Origin: Tubulanus polymorphus
Lineage: Eukaryota > Animalia > Nemertea
Reading direction: 5' to 3'
Assembly (NCBI RefSeq): GCF_964204645.1
Contig: NC_134030.1
Coordinates: forward strand, 12,483,947-12,547,946
DNA length: 64,000 nt
In this document: in pieces, positions 27,074 through 41,300 of the stretch
Position numbering within the stretch: the stretch's first letter is position 1
How the letters are laid out: the number at the start of each line of letters is the position of its first letter
The notes under the pieces: model-generated
Seen by the model: the letters and a program-made list of their open reading frames with translations, nothing else
Databases searched by the model: none
What the model was told of the DNA's origin: nothing
Program-made: the position numbers and the translations under genes

Positions 27074-29159
27074 CTGTTTTTACAGAAGTAACTGTGGGTT
27101 TTATTCGTTAACTCTAACACTGAGATTTACATCAGTTCAATGCATTTAAGGCATGATTCTTGACCAGTATGCACGCAATCTAGCTGTTACAGTAGACTCC
27201 GCTCAACCCGAATTCATTGGGACCAAAAAAAATCATCGAGTTAAGCGTAATTCGAGTTGGGTTTTTTTTATAAAATTGGTAAAAAAATAAAATAATAAAA
27301 CCTCAATAAAACGTTCTGTAACATGAAAAAATAAAAGTTAATTCCGTTAAAGTTAAGCTTGTTTTTTGTCCCTTTTTTACCTCCCAAAAATTTACGTGGT
27401 GCGAAGAAAAATGAATGATCATGGACTTGAACTGCCGCTTGAATCGTATTACTGTAGTGAACTTTTTAACATGTGAACGGGCAACGAGCCGTTCATTTTC
27501 AGGTTTTAGGATCGCTAACCAAGCTGGAGATTGTGTATGTGCTGAACGACTGAATGTCTCCATGAGCGATGTATTGTCTACTACTGGTAGCCTACTAATC
27601 AAAGAAGTAAACACATGCATGTTTTTACCGATACTTATGGTTGCTGCCCGGAGGTCGTTAAGATATTCGAGTTGAGAGAAGTTTGAAATTTCAACATATG
27701 CCGAGTTCAACCGATTTTTGACTTAATAGGATTGGAGTTGAGAGAAGTCCACTGTAATTCCTGGTGCTTTGTTAGCATGTATTTATTTATGTTTCATTGA
27801 TTTATGCACTAATGTTACGGTATTAGAAATGACCTGCTTAATGGTGTCAAATGATTTTACAGCTTCCTTTGTGATTTTCATAAAAAAATTCTATCCTTAT
27901 ACAATTTTTGCTCAATGCTGTATTGAGTTCTACTGGAAGGTGTTACTGGACATTATATGGATGAATTGACAATCATTATAACCTATGGGCCTCTGGAGTC
28001 TTGTTGTGGCATCGATAGCCCATCTTCCATACTGTTAGTGATTGCTATTGATATCAGTCAATAGTCTCGTGCAAGAATGGGGCCATACTAGCGGCCATAA
28101 TTGATTCTTTAAAAAAGTAGATGTTCCGATCATACGCAGCAAAGTTTATTAGGTAAGATCCTCAAAAATTTTGGTGATGAGTGATTGCGACGATCAGTAT
28201 GCTAATGTTGTCTATAGTAAGCCCTTTCACCCTAGATGCTGTACTAATTGGTGAATGAGCACTGGCTCAGTTTCACTTAAAACTGAATACTAGTGGCTGC
28301 TTGTATTTCATGTTCCTCTCTAACCATCGGGGGACTATAGATTTTTCGGGAACCATTAATTTGACAAACTTCATATGTGATCTTGTGAAACCAAGGAAAA
28401 ATTTTCCATGAAAATGTGAATTTGAGAGGAACTTATGGACGTGAATTTCAGCATGCTTCCATGAATCTTTGGAAACCAATCGATTGGTTTGGGGATTGAA
28501 GGCCATTCGGTCAGAATGGTTCATATGATATGAATATATTATGATATATGGTTTTTATAATGGACATATGGCAACTGAGGCTTGATAGACATTCATTTGC
28601 CCGTATGTAACGGTTTGGAGTACCGTAGTTGGGTTATTACTACGTTAATGCATCTGTTTATTGATATTGAAATTTATTCATTCAATGTTACATTATCTGA
28701 TGTAGTTACAAATATAATGAAAGGAGAAAAATGTAACATAGTAATGGGGCTACATGGAGAGACTAAAAAGTCCGTCTATTCATTAAAACTAACAGTTTGT
28801 ATGAATTTAGTGCGTGAATTATGGCCGTGAAATTATGAAAATGTGAATTCATTCCCCCTATTGTCCCCCTTGCTAGAAGTTATTCGATTGAGATAACATT
28901 CTACGTAGATTCATCTGCAACAAATTATTTTGTTAATAATTTTGCATCTTGGTTAAGTACTTAATCTTCTTCGAATATTCATAGTTAATTGACTGGCTGA
29001 CTGCATGATTTTATCTTAAGTGCATGTACTAGAAGCTATTTTTCAATATTGCAACAAATTTGACATATGGGAAATTTTTAGATTCAATCTTTTGCCGTTT
29101 ATCTGGTCATCATTAATATTCTCTTTTCAGTGCATGCCTGTCAAGTCAACACTTACAGT

Positions 29160-29301
29160 ATGTTCGATCCGAAACTTTATGAAAGCAATCCCGAGGAAAC
29201 TTTCTTAAATTATAATGAAAAAACATTCCAATACCAGGATTCACTGCCTTCGCTTCCTGTTTGCTCTCTAAACCAAAGTATTCAAAGATATTTGTCATCT
29301 G
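29160..29301 (+). CDS. CROT: CROT coding exon 1
   Basis: MFDPK...TFQYQDSLPSLPV; gtaaga donor. Confidence 0.88.
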
Positions 29302-32300
29302 GTAAGATTCATAAATTTTTCCAATGACTAAGATTGGCAATCGGCAAATGTATACACTTATCTAAAATTATGAATTGTATGCTTATCTTCTTTTAGTTAA
29401 AGCTGTTGCAAGTGAGGCCGAATATGCAAACACTGTTAAGATAACAGAGGATTTTAGAAATGGAATTGGTAAAGAATTGCAGGCAAAATTGGAGGAACGA
29501 GGAAAGATAGAAAGAAACTGGGTATATAGGCTAAGTATTATTCCTGATAGCAGCTACTTTTGGCATCAATTCCCACAAGTCACATGATATCAATAGTGCA
29601 TTCCAATGGTTTATAAGATTCTATCGCTCAATATAATGAGTGTATCTGCAAGTGATCTGATCAGAAATAATTGGCGAAGAATAATAAACACATACCGGCA
29701 AGGGATTGATTAGGCCCGGTAAAATCATTGCTGTGGCCAGTATATAACTGAATTTTTTTGCCGATTTTTATACTTGTTTTGTAAGTAAATTTTGTTAATG
29801 AAAAGTAAAGAATGATAATTTTCATAAGCATACTCAATATTTTTTTATATTTCAGCTAGCTAAGTGGTGGGATGATGCCGCTTATCTCTCATCCCGAGAA
29901 CCTGTAGTTCCAGTCTTGAATATTGCTGGTCCTAGTCCTATGCATGATCATTACTGGCATCCAGAGGAAGGAACTCAAATAGAACGAGCAGCTCTTTTGG
30001 TGTATTATGCCACAAAATTTTGGCAGACCCTTCATAGGTAAGTGTAAGCCAGTATTGTATTGTATAAGTTAAAAACTAAATCACTAACATTCCCCTCTTC
30101 GTTCTTAGGGAAAATCTAGCTGTTCATAAGAAAAAGGATGGAACCCCACTTTGTATGAATCAGTTTAGAAATCTATACAGTGCTTGTAAAATACCGAGAG
30201 AGAAAGTTGATGAACTGGTTTTTCATTTCAAAACTGGTAGGCAAAAAACATGGTACTATTTTCATTATCATAAATGTGAAATGTGAGCCTCATGTGAAAA
30301 AAATTCCCTTTATGATCTCAAGAATGAAAATTATATTTCAATTTGATATGGCCAAATATTCGGAAACCATGAGAAGTTCTTTCCTGGAGGTGCATTTTTA
30401 GTGCATAGTGTATACCTGAAAAAGTGTTCTTAATTGCAACATTATTGTCCCTATCACTCTACCGAATGAAAGGGGACTTGACTTACGTAACCGTCGGTCA
30501 GTTCATACATTTTTTTGAGCATGTTACAGGCTGACCATCATGTAGTAAATGGCATCTTCTTGGAGTTTATGACATCAGGTTCTGATTGATTTCATTATTG
30601 TATTGCCTGATGGTATCATTTAATGAAAACCCCTGCCCAGCACCTTCTATTAGACCAGCTGTCAGCAGCAATGGTATGAATTGTATGTTCTTCTCGTAAA
30701 ACATGTCTCTATTATTTCTCAAATTTATCAATCGAGACACTCAAAAGTCTAGTTTTGGTTCGAAGAATGAGAACCTAAGCTATCGTCAAGTTGCTGTCAT
30801 GAAGTGACGTGACAGGATCGGAAGATTTTTTTTTCAGAGAGTGATACCGTAATGAAATAGGTCCACAGATATTCATTTGTCTTAAGATTATTATCATTAT
30901 CATGATAAATAGATTTAAATACTCTGAATAATATCATTTTTCTAAATCATGCGTAATGAACACCGATTTAGCGGTTAAAACAAATGATTACATCTACTCA
31001 CGCATGAATACACAATCCATGCTGCGCCTGTTGTAAGCGTACCGTACACCCACACATTGATGCCGACACCGGCTCTACTTCAAAAGTTATGAACAAAATA
31101 TTTGTCTCCTTAGTCCTCAGAATATAGACGAGTTAGGCTGGTGTTTAATAACAGAACTTTATTTACTCTATATACAACATAATTTACTGCTCGCAGCGTG
31201 CGTGCGTGCAGCTTGACAAGAGTGGTAACACTGAATCACAAAACGTACAGTAAACGCCCACTGAAAAAGGCGCGAAAACCGATTACCCGTGAAGCGTGTC
31301 GGAATACCGACACAATATTAGAAATATTTGTGATCCGATTTACACCAAATAAACCTTTAAAGTAAGGTATTTAGCATTGGATATTGTGCCGAAAATTCCA
31401 GATTGATACACTGCATAGTTTTTCAAGTAAGCGCATTTTTCGTGTAATCCAATTATGTTGATTGACAGGCAGGCTCAGCTGTGCGCCTCATTTTCCGATG
31501 ACGTCAGATGTAAACAATAACATTACCACGTGCGCAACGCCAATGGAAAACAAATTGAATTTTTTTTTCAAACTACTCTAATGGAATATTGATTTCTTTT
31601 TATAATTTGCCTTTCTTTTATGTAATTCATGATTTATACATCAGCCTTTGCTTCTTTGAACCTCAGGACTTTGAAGTCCTCTTGTATAGGGTTTTAGCTT
31701 TTTATGATTTGTTAAAGCTTTAAAACTTTGCCATATCATGAAAAATGCTATTCTCAATGCTCGCGGCTGAAATATTATCGAACGCATTACTGTGAATCTA
31801 TTGTTTATCGCTATGGTGAGGGCACTGATAGATTTCACAGAACAAAGGCAAATATATTGTGACATCACACATTCAGTGTTCCTGTTTGCTTATCAAATTT
31901 TACTCTGTGTCTGCTGTCCTGTTGAGACCTTGTTAGCACAATACAGGCTACAATTCTTGATGGATTACTCCTAATCATAGAGTGAAAATATGTGGAGATG
32001 CCCAAAATTGAGGTTATCGGTCCATCCCATATGGCCACCAGGGCAGCCGTCTTGAATTTCTTGTTTGCACTATACAACCTCTTATTCTGGATCAGTTTTC
32101 ATGAAATTTAATGAGTGGGTTTGAACAGGTGTGAAGTCGGACCCTATCGAAAAGTAGGTCATCCGCCTTCAAATATGGCTGCCAGCGCAGCCATCTTGAA
32201 TGCTCTTGTTCACACAATACAGCCAGTAATTCTTGATCGATTTCCATGAGCCTTGGTGTGAGGTTTAAGGCAGGTAAGCTCTCCACCTTTATTGAAAATG

Positions 32301-35300
32301 GAGTTCAGCAGTAATCAAATATGGCCAGGTTTGAGGCAGGTATATCTGTGTTCCACTTTAACAAATAATTCTTACAAAGTCAATGAACAAGTGATTAAAC
32401 ACTGCTGTTTATGAAGTATGCAATACGTTTAGAACCTTTAGAACGTTTAGTGTCTTCAATTTCTTGCCCTTTTACTTTTTACTTACCCGGGGTGACATAC
32501 ATGGCATTGTCACATTATAGTATTTCTATGCTGATACAAAGACCTACAGTTGTATGTCAATTAGAAAACAATCTATGTAAATATCTATGCAAATTGGTAT
32601 GATTATACATATATTATTTTTGTAGCTTCTGAAGACTCGAAGAACTATCCTCGCCACTTTGTGGTACAAAAATCTGGCCGTTTCTTCATGGTCGATGCTG
32701 TGGATGCAACAGGAGAGCTGGTTACACCACCTGACCTACAAATACAACTGCAGAATATATCCGATATCTGTGATAACGAGGATCCTGGACCAGGCCTAGG
32801 CATGTTAACTGCTGATTATAGAGATAAATGGGCTGAGGTAATTTCGTGAGATCATTAGGCCTATAGGCACTCCGACATAGCTTTGATAGCTAATGCATAA
32901 AACAACTAGTTATCCCTATACATAATATATCACATGTGTTGTTGCCCAGGGACAAGCCTAATTGGACTAAAGAAAGGGCACTCAGAATGAAGGCAATGGA
33001 AGAGTGCAGAATGGATTGAAATATATGTATTCTGATAGGGTATAAGTTCTTCTTTCCATCACTATGCATTTTGGATAGGTAGTGCCAATCTTCATGATTT
33101 GTGACTATGCGATTTGTAGGCTACAAGCGAATAAGCTTTTCTCGCCTAGCAAATATAGGTTAAGTTCACGCTACAATTGAATTGATTTAAGTTTTTTCTC
33201 GTCTTGCAAATTTTGTTCAATTTGTTCAACAATCAACAGTTTTTATTGGCCTATCGAAATACTGACTTTGTTGTACTTGATGAATTTGGCCCTGGGGACT
33301 CCAAATTTACTTCTTTATAGCCGTTTGTTCATTCTAAACGATATTTTGTTGTAAGCACTTTCGTTGTAACAAGGTCCCACTGCATTTTTAGCTGGAAGTA
33401 GCAGCAGCTTTTACTATGCTATATTGAAAGAAACGTGTGACTGATATACACATTCGACCAGGTTTTAACCATTAAGTACATGCATGAATCACAGATGTTC
33501 AATTGCTCATCATACTATAATTGGCGTAGGTGTCAAAATGTAAACGTTTCCTTTAATTTCCTGAACAGGTTCTCTTCATCCTGTCCCCACCGGACTTCAA
33601 TCTTTCGTTTTTACGTAACATCTCCATAGAATTGCTGTGAGTTATTAAAAATCGTAAAATAGGTTTTAATAAAAGTAATGCCATTTCTTGATTCAATGTG
33701 ATTCCTGGTGAATCCTCACTGCTTTCAAGACACATTCATTCAATTGATGGCTGCACTTGATGATACTGAAAACATTGTAATGAATCGAGGTATGAGTGAC
33801 AGAACTTGCAGTTATATGGTGGGACTTGACTGCATTTTGAGAAATCTATTCAATAAGAATTATTGCTTCCACGTAACAGAAGAAAATCTGCCCAGTGTTA
33901 AGGTGTATTAGATACCACCCTCGATTCAAAACAATTGTATTTGGCTGCACTGATATTAGTTTGCAGTGGCGGTGAAGGGATAGATGGCGGCACCAATTGA
34001 ATTCTACAATTACATGATGGGGCTTAGGACTCAAATTTGAACAACGGATTTATTGCTCCCGAGTAACACAATCATTAATGCAAAAACCCGTTATCTGCTG
34101 TACAGCAATATTTGGCTTTTGAAATGCTAATTCAATGCTATGTATATGCATATTTTTGCAACTTCAGAATCGGCAGCACCTTGGTTCATTGCATCCAGAA
34201 AACAACAGATGTCTCAGAGCAATTGATACCAGTCTCTTCACAGTCATATTAGATGATGCTAGGCCAGCTACAAAAACTGAGGTATATGTATACGGATATA
34301 TGATATATTTATATGAGTATGGAAAATCAAATGAATAAGGCATAGAGTGGAAAATATGTATCTCGACAAAATGAATATGTTGCCTGATATGTATCTCGAC
34401 AAAATGAATATGTTACCTTATTCAGGCACTTCATCAAGGTCTACTGGGAGATGGTAAAAATCGCTGGTTTGACAAGGCAGTTGGTTTTGTTTTTTACAAA
34501 AATGGTGGATTTTCTACAGCTTGTGATGTAAGTAATAATAGATAATTGCTTGATCTTTTTAGTAAAAGTCGATATTTTCTTGATGAAATATTTGTCAAAC
34601 CTTTTTTTCAGCACTCGCCTTTTGATGGCATTGTTCTAAGTCAGATGACCTATTTCGTAGATTTATGTATCTATCACACTCAGGGAAAATGGCAGGTATG
34701 ATTGTGTCTAGTTACATGCCTTAGATGGTAAAGCTTGAGTCTAGTAAAACTTCCATGAATTGGTTATCTTATTGGTTAAATTGAATTTCAAAGCGAGCAC
34801 TTCTAGAAAATATGTTTAGTTTTTTTAGCTCGCATTAGCCTATGCCAACGGTCTGGCCGATCAATAATCATTCGTATGCTTAAAACACTACGCTCAAAGC
34901 TATTTTTAGCACTCTCAAACACAATTTCAGTAGCCTGTAATTTCACTACTAATGGGCGAATGGAACGGATTAAGCAAAAATATATTTCGTAATTGGTTTT
35001 TCTTCATGGTGCGCAAAGTTGAAAGCTGTGGGTTTCATAGTTTTTGAGACATTTACCATAAAGTTTCGAAAATTCGATTTATTTGAGCAAGTTTTTTTTA
35101 TGCAGCATCTTTAACTGTCCAAAATAACACATGTGAAAATTCAATGCTATTTGTATCGGAAGCACTTCATCTCGCAAAGATCCGACGCTTTGTTCGGTAG
35201 TTATGGGCTTTCAAAGACGAAACCCCCAAAAATCTTGGTTATGTATAATTTGTGTTGAGCCGGTTTTGACCTCCATCATGACGTCATTACATTGAATGAG

Positions 35301-38300
35301 GTGGATCAGCTGATGCGCGTTATTGAACTAACAAAATGGCGGCATGATTGAATAGGTTGATTCATCATTTCTAGCCATATACGAGACCTGCCAACCGTTA
35401 CCATTTCGCCGTAATACGTTACGTTTGGTATGTCGATAATGCGGCGTTCCGATCAGAATGAAACGAACTGTAAACATGTGACGATGATCTGTTTTATGTC
35501 TAATAGATTACGTGTTTGAGTTCGTCAGCGGCGATGAAAATATTCAATAGCACAACCCCCAGCCGACATGTGACGCCACCTGCTTATCATTTATCGGTGT
35601 GCTTACTGTGGCAAGTTTCTTCGGAAAAGGGAAGTAGGCTGTGTTTGGTCCTGTTTCTGTAGAATCCGTAGTAAGGAAATTGGACGATAGTTACTATAGT
35701 GAATCGGAAATCGCTGTTCTATCGGCTGTTGATGAAGCCGTCGTCTGATCCCAGAAGAGATGCAGGCTCCAAGGTATTTAAACCAGACTATCAAGTTAAA
35801 TACCCATGCGTTACCAAATCCATGTTATGCGGGATACCATTACCAGTGCTGTTACTGGGAAACTCCAGTACGTTAAGGGCTAATTTGGAAAGTACATTCA
35901 GACATTTTGGACCAGTCTTAATCTACCCGGTATGCGTGTGAACAGAAACAGGTACCAGGTTCGGTCTATATTGTAATTCTGAATCTCTGCGTTAGATGTC
36001 GCAACCTCTACGGTAGAGTGTGAGTCCAGTTTATTAAGTTTTCAATGCTTTTATTACCGTTTATGCAATTATTTTTAAGTACTGCTTTCAGTTCAGTTTT
36101 AAGTTCAGTGTTTATTGAAAAAAAAAACCATTTTGTACTGTTATGTGGGTTAGTTAACTATTGAATGGGATCAAAATAAGCATTTTGACAAATGAAGTGC
36201 TTGATCTTAAACAATTGTTAGCACTGTTGTTGGATACACCACCATACATGGAATTAGCATCACTCAGTTTTTTTATGTACCTGTATGCATATTTTGCAAA
36301 CTGCAAATGTCATTCGCAGATTTGTAGCTCATGACATTCTCTATGATTGTGGTGAGTTTTGGTGAATGTGGTCATTATTTATTCGTTAGTTTCAAGGTCA
36401 TTAGTTTGAAATGTTCAACAGGGAGTATTGAATATTGAATTTGCCCAGATTGTTGAGCATCCACTTCCCAAAATGGGCACGGTGTCCCTGGACCCCTAGT
36501 TTAATCATTCCCCTTACAAAAAAATCACACATGTGATTAAAAAAAAAAAAACATGTGATTCACATGTATAAAAATGGGACATTATCACACGTGTGATTTT
36601 GTCCCATTTTAGGCCAGCCATAGGCCGAGCCTATTACTATTCAAATGGAGCAGATTTTAATGACATGGTTTCCAGAGTAAAGGCTCTTTGACTGTGCAAC
36701 TGAGCATATATTCATACAAATCATTCATTTAAGCATTATCCATTCTATGAAGCTGAATTTTGAAAAGGGCCCTCGTTAAAATTTATATGAGCGTTTTCGC
36801 GAAAATCTGAACTAAAAAATATCTGTTTTAAAAAGCCAATCAGAAAGCAAAGACTCCTCTATGATTGGCTTTGGCGCAGTGATCAGCAGGTATTCACATG
36901 AACCCATAGTATTGTCTACCGTTTTACTTCCGGGTTTTATTCTAAGATCTAAAATTGTATTTCAAGATCGATTTCTGTGAAATCTTTAGTTGATTTGGTT
37001 TTTGGGAGGAATATTTTCATTTGCACTCCTGAAAATATCATTGACAATTGTACAAAGTCCGGGAAAAATAGCTTTTTCTCAAATCGGATGGATGACCTTG
37101 ATATGCTAATTAGCCATGTGCTCAAACTGCAAATTTAATCAAATTTTATTCTGCCAAAATATATTAAATCCAATTCAATTTTGTTTTATTGAACAAATAA
37201 AACATCAAATCCTATTCCATTTTGTTTTATTGAGCAAATTTCAGAAAATTTATTTCTATTCCGCATTCAAATCAGTAAGACCAAGGGACAAGATTTATCT
37301 GACGTATTTGTTCTTGCCAGCTCCAGACAATTTGTATTGTGTAATTATTGGTATAGTAATGGCATTGAGCTGGGAGTGGATTTTGACAAATATAACCCAC
37401 AGAATGCATCATTTACCATTTTATGAAAAGCTGACAGGTGGGCCATAGCGCCCCTTGGGGCTCTTGTTACACATGTGAATCACACATGTGATTCACATTC
37501 TGGGTTGTGTCACACATGTGATTTTATGAATCACACATGTGATTTCGTCCCATTTTCACAAATGTTTATCACATGTGTGATACAGCCCTGAATGTGAATC
37601 ACACATGTCATATAACACAGTCCTGTGTGATTTATAACGCATGTGCTCTGCAATCATCCTCATTGTTCCAGCTCCACACGACTCTCTTGACAAGGGAGTA
37701 TTCATGAAGAAGTATAAATGTAATACACATTCATGATGGTCAAAATTTGATCACTTTTTTCTTTGGACATGATGTTTCATCCAAACTTCACAATTTCCTA
37801 AAAACTCATTGCCTGAAAGGAGATCCACAATTGCAAAACGAAATGTAGTTTCTAAAATTACCAACCAAATGTAATAACTCACTTGTATACATGTTAATGG
37901 GAATTTTATTTTCAAATATTTACAGATTTATTTCGTAGTTTTATACACTAAGTGCAGTGTACGGTGTTGTTTATGTTCTATTCGTCGATTTATGCTGTTT
38001 CAGCATGTCCAATCTTCTTTCTAATTTCGGCCGCGGTAACCTTGATCTATACCTCAGAACATGATCTGGAATGAGACAAAATTTTAAAACTACACACAAT
38101 TCCAATCAATAAACCAATAAATCAATATCCCTAATATCAATCATCTGGTGAAAAAGGTACAATGTAATAAGTGAAACCAGACGAAAATAAACGGGACTAT
38201 TGTAACACTAGCTTATAACTTTTTCAATCAACACTTATGATCACAGTACTCAAAACCTCTTTTTCAGTAATTTGTTCTGGCTGAAAGTATACGTTTCATT

Positions 38301-41300
38301 CTTCAGTTGTATGTAAACATAGGTTACTAGTAACTTGAGGAAATGTACTAACTCCCTAAATTAATAATGGAAAATTTCATTTTTATTTGTGTGATTAATT
38401 CAAATTTAGAAACTGTGCAATACCAGCTGACCATTCAGTTCAATGTTAAGAAATCAAGTAGTAATATAGTATGCAAACAAGCCTCTTTTTCAAGACCGGA
38501 CAGATTGTGATTTAAAAAGAGTTCATGGTGTTCTAGACCTACTTATTATTTAACCTTTGAAAAAGCTAGGCATGGACATGTTGTACTTGCAATGCATCAA
38601 TCATGAAATACTTAGCAATGCATCAATCATGAAATAAATAACCCTGTGGCTCCAGTTACAGAGTCCGTAAACGGAGTGCGATAGCCGGGGCGATAGCTCT
38701 GGTTACGGAGGACAGTTAGCGCATGCACAATACAGTAAAATTCTGACTTGTAATATTGGGATTTGAAACCAAACCAAAAAGTATTAGAGCACTTTACCCA
38801 CAGCGTCACAGCATACGACTGGAGGTTGGGTGAGTTAATTTATTTAAAGCCTCACCTTACCCTAACCCTATTCCTTCACGCATGCGCGTACATAGATATA
38901 GTGCGGATTTCCCCGTAACTGGAGCCAGTTTGAATAAATAAAGTTGGATGAATTTGATTTAATTGATTCAGTACACGCCACAGATTTTGCCAATTACAGT
39001 ACATTCAATTAATATCGTAGACTATAAATATTTGATTAAACACAATAATACTTGCCTTGGAGCTTGAATTCAAACACCAGACAGTTCGAACTAAGAAATT
39101 AACCATGAAAATTGATTAAAAACAGCAACGACTATCCCCAAAATAATTGCAAATGCGCACTGTGCAGGCCTGCATGCTCATTCCCAGTCCTTAGCTAGCC
39201 GTCGTGAAACGGTTTGAATCCTGTAAATGCCTGATAATTTTTCGAAGTCGATTTTGAATATTTGTATTTTTTTAAAACTCAACAGCGAATGCAAAGACAT
39301 ATAATAACCTTATTTTATTAATTTAACCAAATGAAAATACAAACTCTATAGGTTGAAATGGACATTCGTGCTTGGGTTTTTGCACAATACGGAGTGGTAT
39401 AAAAATCGATAGAACCACGTACGTGTTGAAAATGTTGAAATTATGAGTACAGTTATGGCAATATTCTCATTCCAAAATTTATTTCGTGAAAATGTAGATG
39501 TTCAGCATTTGGAACCAACATGGGAATAGTTTATAACATGTACAATCACACGTGTTGCAGATTGGACTAACTCTGATATTAATCACATGTGTTATTCTAT
39601 GACATGTGTGATCCCAGCAGTCACACATGGGATCTGTATTGTTGAGCCAATCACATGTTTTATTGTCGGAAGTTTCGCCGTCGGTCTTCTCATCGTTCGT
39701 CGACGTCGGTTAGCGATGAAAGTGATTCTTCTAGTAGGTCGCGATCCCGTTCGAGGGACCGTCACCGAAGTCGGCATGATCGTCGGGATACTGGAAAATA
39801 CCTGACTCAGAAGGATTTCCATGTATTTGGGGAGAAAATTTTAAACTTGTTATCTTCGTCGCAACAAGTCGCTGCAACCTCTACAACAGGTAAGCCTATT
39901 CCTGATTGTCCGGTTAGAAGTTCGCCAGCCCACTCAGTTTTTCGGAATTCTGACTCTGAATTCCTGGATGCTGCGGTAGGGTCTGATTTCAATGAGGATC
40001 CGGTCCTAGAAGCGGCAATTCCTTCTGGGGTCGTTCCTGTCGCGAGCAATTGTGGGTTGCCCCAGACGATGGGGGCTTCCCTGGCTCGCAATGTATCCAC
40101 GTCCCGTTCAGTTTTATCCGAACCAGCGGGGGACATGCCATTTTCTTTGTCAAGCACGGGGCAACTCGCGCTAAGCCCACAGCAGCTCCTCTGGTCGGTG
40201 AGTCAATGGAAGCTTATCGCCCGGACTCCGATCTTAACGTTTTACGGGAATCGTCAGTGGTTTCGAGAGAATGGGCTCGATTGGATACGCAATTATGGGG
40301 TGAATGTCGGCCTGGAACATTTTCATTTCCCCCTCCAGAACGGGGTATGAAATCTGGGAAATATTTTAGTTCAACCGATCCACCTATAGGCGCATTTCGC
40401 TCGGCGTATTACGCAACTCCAGGTGCTGTGGATCACAGTCATAACTGCCTTGATGCTGATTATACTTTGATCAGCCCGGATACTGTTACAGCACAGTCAG
40501 GTATTCGTTTGCCTAAGTCCGGTTTGGTGGCCATGACGTCAATCCTGGACTATCTTACCAGGGTTGGTTCGTTTCAAGATATGGCACTTAAGGTGTTGAC
40601 GGGTGAGCTTCGCGAGACTCACGCCGCCGTTCATGCGGGCTCCGACCCAGAGTCAGTTGCCCTAAAACTGGAGGGAATGGACCGGATTATCCAATCTTTG
40701 GCTCGGTCTGTTTCGCATGTAATTCCGTTGTCGGTTCGGGGTCAGGCTAATCTCCAGTTCCAAAACTCGCCTACCGGATATGGTGTCCAATGCTTTGCTG
40801 AGAGCCCCATTGGGGACGTCTTCACGTCTCTTCTCCGGTTGGTGCGCTCCGGTTTCTGCAGAGCTGAGGAAGATTCGGGAGGTTCAGGCCAAGTCCAACC
40901 CCCGAACTCCGTGGAAAAAGCGTTCTGGTCCGACGCCTGCGGCGCAAGGTTCGGCACGGACGCAAACAGGACCATCTCAAACTTCAGCGCTTTCTCAGGC
41001 GGCTTCGGATGCCGGTTGGAGAACTAGCGCGCAACTTCAACAATCGTGTCAAGCCTCGTCCGGTCGTAACAGTTCCGGTGCGTATCGAGGCAAGGGGAAG
41101 GCTCCAAAAAGGGGCTCTTCCTTTCGGAAAAACTCGAAATGAATTCTTGGGACCAGTGGGAGGTTGTCTGCAGCACCCACTGGTCCGACCTCTTTGGAGA
41201 CGGTTGGCCCTCCCGGGTCGTCTCTCGTGGCTACCGTCTCCGTTTCCTAAGGCGACCGCGCCTGATGAGGTCACCTCCCGACATGCGGTCAAAACCAGGT

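Larger units (their letters stand above)
25593..27927 (+). repeat. Near-perfect tandem duplication, 1168-bp unit
   Basis: 25593-26760 versus 26761-27927; the only internal difference I saw is acgt/atgt (26370/27538). Confidence 0.95.

Noticed and set aside
26135-27710. Duplicated 135-aa ORFs as a gene pair
   Set aside because: They lie inside a MITE in the tandem duplication and show no recognisable domain
35660-35705. LINE element (NYRPISLL on the minus strand)
   Set aside because: Only a few codons match; at most a tiny relic
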